From Phyllosticta citribraziliensis (Eukaryota): a stretch of 64,000 nt of DNA. Under the pieces are notes generated by a model. It did no database searches, had not been told where the DNA came from, and saw nothing but the letters and a program-made list of their open reading frames with translations. Numbering within the stretch: position 1 is the stretch's first letter; every line of letters starts with the position of its first letter. Both the position numbers and the translations under genes were made by a program. Of the stretch, positions 52,305-64,000 are shown one piece after another. Location of the stretch: positions 806,001-870,000 of the forward strand of contig NW_027117339.1 in assembly GCF_038025025.1 (NCBI RefSeq). The letters run 5' to 3'.

Positions 52305-53648
52305 CTACTGCGGCGCAATGTTCTCTTCTTGAATGACGACACCCCACTCGTGGTTCTCCTTTCCGTACATGATGTTCTTCAACCAAGTCTTGATCGTCTT
52401 GGCGTACTTGCCAGAGTCTCCAGCTGCCAAAGGGATGTCGATGTCCCTGCCACGGAAGTGGATGAGGCTGACGGGGGCAATGAAGAACGCCGTACCCGCA
52501 GCGAACGCCTCGAGGAGCCTGCCGTCGTCGACAGCCTCCAGAATATCGGCCATGGTGAACTTGCGCTCGATGACCTCGATCGGCTCCAGCTGTTCGTCTT
52601 GGGGGACATCGGAACCGCTCCAGCCGTTGGGAAGGCGGGTGCGTGCAAGCTCCAGCACCGAGCGCCTCGTCACACCGTCCAAGATGATCTTCTCATCCAG
52701 CGGTGCCGTGATCAGCTGCAGCTTGCCTTCCTTGGTCCTCCAGACGACGAAGAAGTTGCTAGCTCCGGCCTCTGTGACATCCGCCTCCTTGCCCAACAAC
52801 CACAAAACTTGGTCGTAACCCATAGAACGAGCCTCTCCCTGAGCAATAAGACTTGGTCCGTAGTTGGCGCCCAGCTTAGCACTGCCGAAGCCGCCCGGCC
52901 ACGCACGGATGCTGTCTTCTCTTGATGCCAGGAGCTTCAGTCCGGGCTTCTTGATTTCGACGGCGCCGGGAATGGACACATCCAGGTTAGGGAAGAAGCA
53001 AAGGATGACAAAGAGCAAGGCTTTCTTCGGCACATTGACACCCAGAGCCTCGTCGTCGGCAATCATGGTCGGGCGAACGTAGAGAAACTGGCCCTCGCGG
53101 CCCTTGGGCAGCCATTTGGGTCCATCGACGGCGCACAGCTTGGCGACGAGTTTCTCGACCTCCGAAGGCTCAAAGGCTGGCAGCGCAATGCGCTGAGCAG
53201 AAGTGAGAAAGCGCGCGGTGTTGCGATCCGGGCGGAAAAGTCGCAGGCGTCCGTCCCAGCCGCGGTACAGCTTCATCCCTTCGAAGCATTCAGTCGCGTA
53301 GTGCAAGCACGAAGCCGTCGGCATCAGAGTGAAAGGTCCATACGGCTTGAGCTCCGGCGTGTGCCAACCGCGCTCTGCGTCCCACGAGGCGGTAATCATG
53401 TGATCGGTGCATGTTTTTTGCGCAAAGACTTCGGGCGCGTTGGGCTCCGGGACTGGACGTGGGTTGCTGGTCAAGGTGGTGATGACTTTGGAGGCATCGA
53501 GGCCGGCGAGAGGCGATGCGCCGTTGCCGTTTGTACTGCTGCCGTTTTTCATGGTGGTGTTGCTGGCGGTGTTGGAGTTGGTTGCGGCGTGCGCGATGCC
53601 GGCGTCGGTCAGGCTGGAGGCCGTGGGGAGCGCCTGAGGAGGTGACAT
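52305..53648 (-). CDS. Branched-chain amino acid aminotransferase (class IV PLP enzyme)
   Basis: CLHYATECFEGMKLY, LRLFRPDRN, PLP-lysine AKLGANYGPS, EAGASNFF, ILDGVTRRS and EAFAAGTA. Intronless. Confidence 0.93.
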   Translation of the reverse strand: MSPPQALPTASSLTDAGIAHAATNSNTASNTTMKNGSSTNGNGASPLAGLDASKVITTLTSNPRPVPEPNAPEVFAQKTCTDHMITASWDAERGWHTPELKPYGPFTLMPTASCLHYATECFEGMKLYRGWDGRLRLFRPDRNTARFLTSAQRIALPAFEPSEVEKLVAKLCAVDGPKWLPKGREGQFLYVRPTMIADDEALGVNVPKKALLFVILCFFPNLDVSIPGAVEIKKPGLKLLASREDSIRAWPGGFGSAKLGANYGPSLIAQGEARSMGYDQVLWLLGKEADVTEAGASNFFVVWRTKEGKLQLITAPLDEKIILDGVTRRSVLELARTRLPNGWSGSDVPQDEQLEPIEVIERKFTMADILEAVDDGRLLEAFAAGTAFFIAPVSLIHFRGRDIDIPLAAGDSGKYAKTIKTWLKNIMYGKENHEWGVVIQEENIAPQ

Positions 53649-53917
53649 GACGTTGATTTGCAAGGCGGTAACAGGCGAGTCGATGTGGGTATGTGCGTTC
53701 ACTTCGGCGGTATCGGGACGTGGAAGAACGAGAGGTGTTGAGATGTTGGACTATCTTTGGTAGCGAGCAGCAAAGGCAGGGATAGACGAGAGAGACGTCA
53801 ATGGTCTCTTGGAATGCTGGAGACTGGAACGCGAGTCGATCCAAACAGCCAAAAAGAAGACGATGGCTCTCTTTAAGCAAGACGACGAGGGACCTCCGAT
53901 GGAAGGCGGGTACCTTG

Positions 53918-54055
53918 TGACTCTTATCAAGCGGAATCAGCACTGGCACGACGTGCGGATGTACAGGGCCGACGTAGGCCAGATTTTTAGAGTTCCCACC
54001 CAGGGGCTCGCGCCGCACCGCAAAACACCAAGGTGGAGCGTAATCCGTCCGTCGG
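53918..54055. promoter_or_regulatory. Candidate CpcA/Gcn4 site (TGACTCT, 53918-53924) and LeuB/Leu3-type CCG-N5-CGG site (54045-54055) upstream of the BAT gene
   Basis: The motifs lie about 270 and 400 bp upstream of the ATG and fit the pathway, but they are short and could occur by chance. Confidence 0.3.
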
Positions 54056-55196
54056 TCGTCGGTTACCGGAAAGACTAGGTTACCTGGCGACTTTTTCTGG
54101 TGATTCGGGCCATTGGGCCCTCTTCTGCGCTCGCCTTTCATCCTTTGTCGACCTCGCTCCCATTGTCTGTACGAGCCACGATATCAATCATGGGGTGTGG
54201 ATCGACGTCCGCGGCCAAGGGCATACGCGGCTCTGGGGAGGCATGAGCTTGTCAATCGCGGAGAAAGGGCGTGAAGGGCGGGTGGATGTCTTCTGGTGTG
54301 TCACAAGCGGGAGCTTTTTTTCGGGTTCAAGGTTCGGTTCGCTGGCAATGCCGTAAGTAGCCGAGCGATGCAACGACCTCCCTTCCTCTTCTCCCTCGTT
54401 GATACTGGTATGCAGAGCAATCGTGCCCAACTGACAATCGATCAGAAAGTTGGAGCCGGTGGCCGACAAGACGGCGCGGCGCTGACGTTGCGGCTCAAGG
54501 GCCCGCTGTCTGGGGTCGACCGCTAAGCTTGACGACAGGAGCTTATGTTGCCAAAGCCTTCCTTTTCGGACATGCCAGTGTAAGCCCAAGCAGTCTTTCC
54601 CAGTCATTGGTCAATTCCTCGACGCTGTAGACTCTGTACCTTGGAGAATGTGCTACTTTTCCAGGAGACGGGTAGTATTTTGCACAATTGGCTCAGCTTG
54701 GTTCCACACTGTTGCGGTACTAGCAAAGCGACACAAAGCTACAAGTACTTGGCGAATCGGTTCATAAAAGATCAAGTGACGAGCTTAGACAGAAGACTTG
54801 AAAGTCGTGAGCGAGACGCACATCTGTTGCGACAGGTAAGGTGAGTGCCCATGTGGGCAGGTGGATGCTGAGGCACTTGCCAGCGCAGAAAGAAACCACA
54901 GTCAGCTTTAGTTTTAAGAAGACTTCGACATGCCAATAAGAGATAGATACCACAAGACAGGAACTGGCCTCCTAGGAAAATGTACTCCCACAGTTGTGGC
55001 GCATGTCAGCCTGTGATTGGCCAGAGCTTGTTTGGTAAGCGAGCTTAGGCCTCTCAACTTTGACGATGGACATGTGTACGCACCCAAACCACAACACCTG
55101 AAACCTCCGCCCAAGGCTCTCGGCTGATTCGCTCAGAGCTTGTACCTGCCTGACAACCTCTTCTCCATCCCTGTCCCATCGACTCGAGCTAGCAAG

Positions 55197-56223
55197 ATGG
55201 ATATTCGCGTCATCAGAGCGTCGGACATTCCCCACGTCCAGACGGCCAACATCACGAATCTGCCTGAGAACTACTTTTGCAAGTACTACCTCTACCACGC
55301 GCAATCATGGCCGCAGCTCTCGTACGTCGCTGTCGATGTAAGTAATGGTTATCTCTACGTCCATAAAGTCTGCAGTTTCATTCTCTTCCAATTTTCTCCT
55401 TGTCAAAACAAGTCGATTGCATTCTCTTCAAGACGTCACCATTTTGAGCACATGGCATATCATTTCTTCTGTCATTACGATAGCATAGCCAAGAAGCATC
55501 TTTCCTTGGATTCCTCAGCCTCTTTCGTTGGCCTCCTTGAAAACGTAAGCACGTGCTCACGCTATCCAAGGTCTCACGTCCTCCCAAGTCGCCCTACGAT
55601 CCCCCCAAGATTGTCGGCTACGTGCTCGCCAAGATGGAAGAGGATCCGGCCGACGGAATCCAGCACGGTCACATCACTAGCTTGAGTGTCATGCGCACAC
55701 ATCGTCGGCTAGGATTGGCAGAGAAGCTGATGAGGCAGAGCCGTAAGTGATTCCCCAACCTTTTCCAACACACATTCAACCCCACATTTAATGTGCTTTG
55801 TGGCTGGATCCTCTGCCTTCCATTGAATGCTCTACGCGATACTAACCTCAAACAGAGCGCGCCATGGCCGAGACCTTTGGCGCTCACTACGTGTCGCTCC
55901 ACGTGCGCGTCAGCAACATGGCGGCGCTGAAGCTGTACCGCGACACGCTGGGCTTCGAGGTGGAAAAGACCGAGTCCAAGTACTACGCCGACGGCGAGGA
56001 CGCCTTCAGCATGCGCATGGACCTGTCGGGCCTGCGGCAGTCCATGATCGACGAGGACGCCAGCGACGAGGACGAGGGCGAGCCCGTGGGCAGCATGGGC
56101 AAGAAGGACGGCGGGGCCGCCAAATCCGAGGCCGATGCCAAGGAGAAGAAGCGCAAGGTCAAGGTGGGCAGGTCGCTGGGCGTGGGCGAGTTGGTGGAGA
56201 AGAATGAGTCGCAAAAGGCTTAA
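55197..56223 (+). CDS. ARD1: N-terminal acetyltransferase A catalytic subunit
   Basis: [62 protein letters not shown] and YYADGEDA. Two introns. Confidence 0.95.
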
Positions 56224-56422
56224 AAAAGTGACGTCTTTCATGTGCGTCAAAAAGTCATCTTCATTGATTGGCGTCTAGCGGGGTATCTCTTCAAGTCCCT
56301 TGTACCTGACCCTCGTGGTACTCGTCTAGAATCGTAGATGCCGAAATTTCCCAACGCCGCCCGCTATGCAAAGCAACCCATGAATGTCGCGCCCGACGTG
56401 TCCGCCCACCAAAGCAAATCTT

Positions 56423-57037
56423 TTAGTCCTCCGAATGTTGTTCACCGTAGGGCGTCCTCAGCGCTGGTATCGGTTTTGTCGCCAGGTACAAGTTCATGAC
56501 GGGGACGTTCCTGACCTTTTTCTGGTCCCGCTGTCCTGGAAGCGGCTCAAAAGCGTCATCCTCTGCATCTGAGCTCTCGTCTTGTTCCGCGTCCTGTGAC
56601 GCGTCGCTACCGCCTTGCTTTGAAGGTTTGCGGTTGTCCTTTGAACCGAGCTCCACGAGAAGGCCTTTGACGCCGACATAAGACCACCATGACCGTCGCT
56701 CATGCTCCAGCTCACGCTTGGCGATTTCAGCGACGCTGATCAACTTGTTTGCGGCCGGGGCGCGGGCTTGGAGTAGGACGACGACATTGTCTGCTTCAGG
56801 ACTCGGATTGGAGGACAGGGCGGTCAGGACGGCGCGGACTTTGGCTTGGATCTTGGATGACGCGACTACGTGGATCGTGTGCGAGGCATGGTATTCTGGG
56901 GCGGCGGCCTCGGGCGGAGCAGCGGAAGGCTTCAGTTGGACATGTGTGGATGGATTGGGTTCGGCGCGCGGGCGCTTGGATGTGGCGGACGAGGCGGTGG
57001 GACTGGAGGGGTGGTGGCGCTTGTTCTTCTGAGGCAT
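56423..57037 (-). CDS. Alba-like DNA/RNA-binding domain protein
   Basis: IHVVASSKIQAKVRAVL..VVLLQARAPAANKLISVAEIAKRE..KVRNVPVMNLYLA..LRTPYGEQ. Confidence 0.7.
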   Translation of the reverse strand: MPQKNKRHHPSSPTASSATSKRPRAEPNPSTHVQLKPSAAPPEAAAPEYHASHTIHVVASSKIQAKVRAVLTALSSNPSPEADNVVVLLQARAPAANKLISVAEIAKRELEHERRSWWSYVGVKGLLVELGSKDNRKPSKQGGSDASQDAEQDESSDAEDDAFEPLPGQRDQKKVRNVPVMNLYLATKPIPALRTPYGEQHSED

Positions 57038-57673
57038 TTCGAATTCTGCCCTGGGGTTGAGGTTTCGGTGGTGTGATGTGCCAGGCAGGCGGGAGAGCGG
57101 CGGGTTGAGCGGCGGGGCTATGACGGAGCACGGGCAGGCAGGAATTGGTCGAATGTGTTTTGTTTCTTTTGCGCTGGCTGGCAATTTCAGTCCAGCTTCG
57201 CTTTCATTTCTCAGCTCCAGACAGGACCATTCCCCGCCGGCGCTTGAAAAAATTCCGGCGCTCGCTCGCGTCTCAACGTCTTCAGGACGCGTTGGTTATT
57301 TCCGCGTTGGTGGTCGCTCGGGCAGGACCGGCGATCCAACGAACGAGCATCAAGTCAAAAGTCATCACACCACCAGGAGCACAACCGGGGAACTGCGCTC
57401 GACGCGACCAAAAACTCACCTGAGACGAACAACGGGCAGGCTCAACATCCCGCTATATAGCCCCCTCGTGGCAGCCATGGCTGCTCCAAATCATCTTTCC
57501 CCTCTCGCGCGCTCGGTGCCTGACTCTACGCATTGAGCATCCCTGAAGTCAATTTGAGACAGCATCCCGTAACGAGGCACCCACTTGTCTCTGGCACGCT
57601 CCATTACGCGCAGAGTTCGTTTAAACTACACCTCCTTCGTTCGCAAGCTCGGAGACTACCTCCACAAGTCACC

Positions 57674-58673
57674 ATGCCTTCGTCGAGTTCGATACCGTCC
57701 AGCCATCGGCCGCAGCAACATGTCGACCGCAAGGAGCTGTACACGAATCTCGAGGCCCGTATACAGTACCTCCACTCCTTCCTCGACTTCAGTTCCAGTG
57801 CGTTGTTTCTTCGGGCCGTTCCGTCCCCCAACTTGTTCGGATCGCGCTGTCGCGTTGCTTCCTAGCCTTCCGCAACCGACTCAACTAACAGTCATCGCAG
57901 GCGATATTGAGGCCTTGGTAGCCGGCGCCAAGTACATCAAAGCCCTCATCCCTGCTGTCGTCAACATTGTCTACAAGAAGCTCCTCCAGTATGACATTAC
58001 GGCGCGCAGCTTCACCACCCGGAGCACGAGTTACGAGGGCCCTCTGGACGACCTTCCCTCAGAAGACAGCCCGGTCATATTGCACAGAAAGTACTTTCTT
58101 CGGGGCTACTTGCACAAGCTGTGCTCGGATCCCACCAAGATGGAGTTTTGGGAGTACTTGGACAAGGTCGGGTAAGTGGGACTTTGGACCCCCTGAAAAG
58201 GCAGCACGCTGACCACCTCGCACAGCATGATGCATGTCGGCCGCGGCCGCGAGCATCCCCTGCACGTCGAATACCTGCACATTGGCGCTTGCCTAGGATT
58301 CGTCCAAGACATTCTCAACGAAGCCATCCTCTCGCACCCGCGCCTGCCCCTGGACCGCAAAATCGCCGTCGTCAAGGCGCTCGGCAAGGTCATTTGGATC
58401 CAGAACGACCTCTTCGCCCGATGGTACGTCCGCGACACGGACGAGTACAACGAGGAGATTGAGCAGGTCGTCATTGAGCGCGAGGGCTTCCTCCACGGCA
58501 AGCGCATCATTCGCGAGGGTGTCGATACCAGCGACGAGGACGAGTACTCGTCGACAAAGGAAGGCCCTCCGCCTGCCGTCTGCCCCTTCAGTGGCATGTC
58601 CAGAAGTAGCCCCGAGGGACTCAAGGCCAACGGCGAGGGCTCGTCGAACGGCGCTGCGAATGGCGGAGCTTGA
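57674..58673 (+). CDS. Protoglobin-type (globin-sensor domain) single-domain globin
   Basis: LYTNLEARIQYLHSFLDF, VYKKLLQYDITARSF, FWEYLDKVG|MMHVGRGR..LHVEYLH and KVIWIQNDLFARWY. Two introns. Confidence 0.88.
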
Positions 58674-59045
58674 GAGTGGTCTTGTTGGAATCGTTTGTTC
58701 GAGGTCTGCTGTTACGATTACCCACGGCGCAGTAACTATGGGATGGCAATTGGTCACGTCTTTCTTTCAGTTCGGCGTTGCGGTGGCAGCTGGCTTACAG
58801 CTAAGCTGCGTTTTAAAGAATATTTTCAACTGCTCGACACGCGTTTTTCCATTTCACTTCTCAAGTCAGACGATTAAAGGAGCGCATCCATTCGTCCGAA
58901 TTCTACCAAATTTTCTCCGTCATTCAAATTGGTTTGAGTACGTTTTCAGACGCCCGAATCAAGTGCGCTACTGAAGCAACTTCGCTCAAAAAGCAGTGAC
59001 CGAATTCGCCCCAATGTGTGATTTGCGGTTGACACACGACCTTTG

Positions 59046-60988
59046 CTACTTCTCCAGCTCCCGAACTCTGACCCGCACGCCTTTGGTACCCAGCTTGGGG
59101 GACGCGATGAAGAAATCGTGGGCGAGTTTGACATCGCTCTCATCCGTCTCAAACAGTTCGAGGTCGTATTTGCGGAAAACAGTTCCAAGACCGAGGTGCA
59201 GCTCCGCCATGGCGAGGCTGGTGCTTGTCAGCAATCTCCACATTCTAAGAACCAAAAACAGAGTAAGGAGTAAGGGTGGGTTTGGGGAAAACTTACGTCA
59301 AGCCCAAACAGTTGCGATCTCCCTTGCCAAACACGACCAAGTACCTATCCAAGGGCTCGCCGTTGTGCAGCGCCTTGCCACGCTGCTTGATTCTCCCATC
59401 GCCTCCTTCATCATCACCAACCTCGCCCGCTTCGTCGTCCTCTTCGATCCAGCGCTCCGGCCAGTACCGCTCGGGATGCTCAAACACGCGCGCATCCATG
59501 CACACGTCAACGCCCGTCATGCTGACCGGCGTGCCCGCCGGGATGACCCACTCGCGGTACCTGATGTCATGTTCATAGACGCGCGGACTGCGGCTGGCGA
59601 CGCCGAGCGAGAAGCGCAGGCCCTCCTTGACGCACGCCGCGAGGTAGGTTCCCCGCTCGAGGGCGCGCAGCGGCGGGATGGCGCTGCTGAGGGGGGCAAA
59701 TGGCGAGCCGATGGGGGCCGCAGAGGGCGAGGGCGGCGGAATGGGGAGATCAGGGACGAGGTAGAAGAGCTCACGGCGCAGCTTGGTGGCGACGCGGCGG
59801 TCGGCCGCGATGTAGTACGTTGCGACTGAGAGACTCCAGCCGGTCGTCTCGCTACCCGCGCCGACTAGGTTGCCGACTTCGGCACCTAGGCGCGCGATGT
59901 TTCTGTCGGCGGGAGAGAGGCGTGGAGTGTGGTAGAGTGCGTTGAAGATGATGGGGTGTTTGGGGTTGCTGGTGTCTTTGGCGTCTGGGCTGTCTTGCAC
60001 GAGGGTTGGGATGTGATCCGCGACGCGCTGGGGAGATGAATGTCAGACATGGCGAAAAGGAAGAGAATACAACACAGACTTGCCTCTCTGTACTCCAGAA
60101 GGCCGCGTTGGCTTGGCTTGATGTACTTGAGCCACTTCAAGGGAAAGAGTTGAAGCACCTGAACGCGTTTGTGTAAGCAGCATTGTCTCGCGTCGATTTA
60201 AGCTCCCAGAGCAGGGACTCGCCTGACATTTTGCAGGAATATGAAGTGGATGAAGAACTGACTGGCCTGACCAGCCGCCAGAATGGCCGAGTGCAAGTTC
60301 ATCTTGCAGTCTTCGGATTTCAGCGAGTCTAGGCACAGGCCCCAGCCATACTGCGTGATGATATCGGCCCCGAGCGCAGACCACACGTCGACCATGTTGA
60401 CGGGCTCGCCCGTCTGCGCGTGCCGCGTCAAGTGTCCGCAGGCCAGCTCCATTTTCTCGTGGATCATGGGCTCGAGGTCGTAGATTGACCGCTTCGAGAA
60501 CCTGCCGCTCGTAAGCCGCGTCCTTCAAGACATGCGGGAGTCATTATTACAGAGGGAGCATGGCTCCTCGTCGGATGCGGTGGAGATCGTTGTCGATCGT
60601 CGAGGGAACGGCTTGCGGAGCTCCTCGACCAGAAAACCGCCCGTTGGTGCCGTTCCAGCGCGTGCTCTTTGCGCCACGCGCGTAGAACTCGTCCCAGAAA
60701 TCCGGATCATTGATGTGCAGTTCTTCTGGATTGATGCGGACGATGGGGCCTGGTACAATAAGTCCTCGAGCATGTGGACCTTGTGCAATGGGAAGATGTA
60801 CCGTATTTCTGGTGAAGCTCGTCGACCTTCCAATTGAATCGACCAACGAAGATCACATCATAGACGAATTCATACCATCGGGTCAAGGCGGCAAGCTTGG
60901 GGCCGGGGAACCGGGCGAGTGGGCTGAAAACAAGACGTTTGACAGCAAGATAGAAAACATAAAGGAGGATCAGATAGATCGTCGTCAT
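59046..60988 (-). CDS. Cytochrome P450 monooxygenase (trichodiene-oxygenase-like type)
   Basis: SPLARFPGPKLAALTRWYEF, GPIVRINPEELHIND, I-helix AGSETT, EGLR, PERW and heme motif FGKGDRNCLG. Five introns. Confidence 0.9.
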
Positions 60989-61692
60989 GACGATGTGTTT
61001 TTGATGGCTCTTGCTTGCAGAGGGTAAGATGGACTCCATGTTCAGGCAGGGTAGGACATCAAAAACTTTGAAGCAAGAGGCGCGAAGCTCAGCTTTTCGT
61101 TGTACAGCCAAGGCGGAGGCGGGTTATCCGTCCGACGCGCGTGAAGTGTCAGTGGGACGCGGCTACGGCGGAGAAGTAAAGTTTCCAAAGACTCAAACAT
61201 GCTTTTGCTCGACCTTGATTGGTTGCACTCCAGAAGAATAGTGAGGGCTGCAGTCCGGCGGGCTCGGACACCAAAATCAGGTAGTTTCTGCTCGTCTCCT
61301 AATGTGTCCGCGGTTCGTTATTCCTCTTCGATCAAAGTTCGACTAGACTTGGAAGCTAATGGTTAGCAAGCACTTGAAACGCAATTTGACAGCACCGGAG
61401 AATCCGAAGAGTTCATTGCCTAGGCATGTATGTGCAAGCCTCCAGAGATCCCCTTTCCCGTTTCTCGACATTGCCTCCCGCCGAAATCCCAGAGCCAATC
61501 CCTTGTCAGACGTTGAAGCGTAACGCGTGAACAAGGCCCACGAGCCATTTCCGAGCCATTTCACGGGGTCGTACTGGTCGAATCTTTTGCCGAGGATGGT
61601 ATAATTGATTTTGAGGTTCCAGCTAACCTGCCGCACTGTGAAAACGCCAGCCGTGGCTACATGCAAATCCCGAAGAGTAAAGGAGAAGGCGC

Positions 61693-62200
61693 TTAGTCGA
61701 AGAGACCAAAGCCCATGTCCTCGTCGGACTCCTCCTTCTCTGTTGAAAAATGTCAGCGGATGCGCGTTTCGATGCGACAAACAAGTGGACGCACCCTCTT
61801 CCTTCTTCTCCTCAGCGGCGGGCGCGGCAGCGTCACCGCCAGCGGGGGCAGCACCACCGGCGGCGGGGGCGGCGGCACCACCACCAGAGCCAACGTTCAG
61901 GAGGAGGTCCTTGACATCCTTGCCCTCAAGAGCCTGCATCCACTGTTAGAATTCCCCGCTTCTTTCGCGTTGTCCCAATTTTTCAAAATGTACCTTGGCG
62001 AACAGCTGCGTCCAGATGGGCTCGACTTCCTGGACCTTGGCGGCGGTGATCAGAGTCTGGAGCTTGTCGGACTGCTCGCAAGTTAGTCTTCAACGTCCCG
62101 CGACGCGGTAGTTTCGCGCTGTGCGACTGACGGTGATCTCAATGCCGTCATCGGCGAGGATGAGAGCGGCGTAGGAGGAGGCAAGCTCGGCGGTCGACAT
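61693..62200 (-). CDS. RPP1: 60S acidic ribosomal protein P1
   Basis: [41 protein letters not shown], Ala-rich hinge and [13 protein letters not shown]. Confidence 0.95.
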
Positions 62201-63274
62201 TTTGAGGGTTGTGGTCGTGGGTTGACGTGAGGCTGTCGAAGGGAAGTTTTAGTCGTCGCTGCGTGAAGGTAAGATGAATTTCGTTGGTGTGGGCGGTCGA
62301 GGCTAGCGCCCGAAACGCGGAGAAACTAATGCCCGCCGTGGGTCGGTTCGGTCCGAAGAAGCCAGTCGCGTCTGCCATCTGCATCTCGCGCTGCTAAACC
62401 ATCAAAAAGCCAGCAGACCCAAATGACAATTCTGAAGGCTACACAAGAGTTTTCCGGCCCCATCTTACATCTCAGACAACAAGACCGCTTGTCTCTTCTC
62501 ATCCTTAATTGTTCCTGTTTCGTTCCAATTTCTCGGTGCTTGCGCCATCATGTCGCAAAGCATCGCCTTCTTGAGAGGGTCTCGCAGTTGCTCCATGTTC
62601 CGATTCTCCAGATTCGCGAAGCTTTGAAGCCGTGATTGTTGCTCGATCCAGTGGAAGCGCTCGAGCCGCCAACATCAGGCCAGGCTACCTACGCTCCATC
62701 CTACCTTACCTTGCCTGGACATGCATGGTGACAATCTCCAGGGAACAATATGTTTGCCAGCACCTGTTGTGATACCATTTCGCCGGGACGTGTGAAAGCT
62801 TTTACCTGCAACAGCCCACACAAGCAGTTCCAGCAATTTATTGACTCACTCACTGGCCTGCAACGGAGGCCGCAAGTTGAAGCCTTAAGAGCAATTTTTG
62901 CAAAACTTTGCCAGACGGCAAATGAGGGCAAGACAGAGCTTTATCTTGAGATTGCTGAAGAAGGATTAAAGACTTCTAGATCAAAGGGATTGGCGAGTAT
63001 TTCAATCCCTGCGTGCACATGAAGATGGTGATGGCAAGGCCACGACTTTCGCACCAACCCATTAACATCGGGAAAACACCGGCTGTGGCTTACCCCACCC
63101 TTCCATCGACGCTGGGCGGTCGCGCCTCTCGAACCATGCACGCTTTGATGATCCGTTACGTCAACCTCCATCGGAAGAGTGACTCGCCTCCAGCCCGCCG
63201 GAGCCTGCAGCAACACGAACTTCGCCGCCGTTTGAACACCCTTCAGATCGCGAGAGAGAATTCGACTCCGCATC

Positions 63275-64000
63275 ATGACTGACTCCCCCGCGGTCCGAGC
63301 ACCGCTGGACCCCAAGGAGCAACCAGTGTTGGATCAGCTGCTCGGCATCCGCACCCAACTCGAACTGCTTCGCGCCGATAAGTCGACATATGTCAAGTCT
63401 GAAGATGTCATCCGCCTCTTCAACACTCTCATCGATCAAGTCGAGGTTCTCAACCAGCTACGCTCAAACAATCGTCTTGAGCAGAACAGAGGTGAGTCCC
63501 TCAACCTCTCCGGCTTGTCTTTCGCTCGTGTCACGAGACCTGAAACACGTCAAAGACGTCTTATCAGACCCTGCATATTTGACGATCGCATCTGAAAGCT
63601 GTCGACTGAGATAATCATGAGCTCACACTAACTTTTGTGTAGTCGACACCGTGCTCGACGACTGCTTCCAGCTTGTGTCTCTAGCTTACATGGCGATTGG
63701 CAAAAACCACGAAGCCCCTGCCGTCTACTCAGCATTGTCAACAGTAAAGGTGAATATGAAGTCACCTAGTAGGTTCATTTGACGCTGATGCAGGACAGCG
63801 TCTTCTCGACCATCTCCATGAAGCAGCCTTCTTCTCTCCCAAAGATCTTGAATCAGTAGGCCATCGACTGGAGGAGTACAAATCTACCGTGGAAAGGGGA
63901 AGGGAAAGCTACAGCCCACAGCTCACCACCCTCCTTGAAGCACGCCTGGAGGGCTGTCAGCACTTGCTCTCCAAGCTGCAGCACAGCCTGGAAAAACTGA
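63275..64000 (+). CDS. DUF2408 / UPF0662 (YPL260W-like) protein, truncated at the window end
   Basis: MTDSPAV..EQPVLDQLLGIRTQLELLRADKSTYVKS, then spliced VDTVLDDCFQLVSLAYMAIGKNHEAPAVYS and RLLDHLHEA. Confidence 0.8.

Overview
64-kb window of an intron-containing, GC-rich filamentous ascomycete genome (Dothideomycete-like by gene style; inference only). It holds about 20 intact spliced genes, mostly housekeeping: a Zn2Cys6 TF, a Mug190-like C2/SMP protein, two SDR-type oxidoreductases, MCM7 head-to-head with CSA/Rad28, Gle2/Rae1, a Mid2-like sensor, a PQ-loop transporter, BAT, ARD1, an Alba-like protein, a protoglobin, a P450, RPP1 and a DUF2408 protein. There are also two secreted proteins and two probable gene relics. 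The standout is a two-gene fungal immune / regulated-cell-death locus at about 42.9-50.4 kb (minus strand): a HET-S-like HeLo-domain gene lies about 1 kb upstream of a NACHT-ankyrin NLR. The NLR's first exon (88 nt, missed by the ORF track) encodes VSQSEIFGIANGVNNGDI, which matches the HeLo C-terminal tail ITMSHVTGIATGIHHGDV. This points to a cognate NLR/effector amyloid-signalling pair whose motif resembles a glutamine-less PP/RHIM variant and may be undescribed. All exon boundaries were read by eye. No tRNA, rRNA, CRISPR array or intact transposon was recognised.
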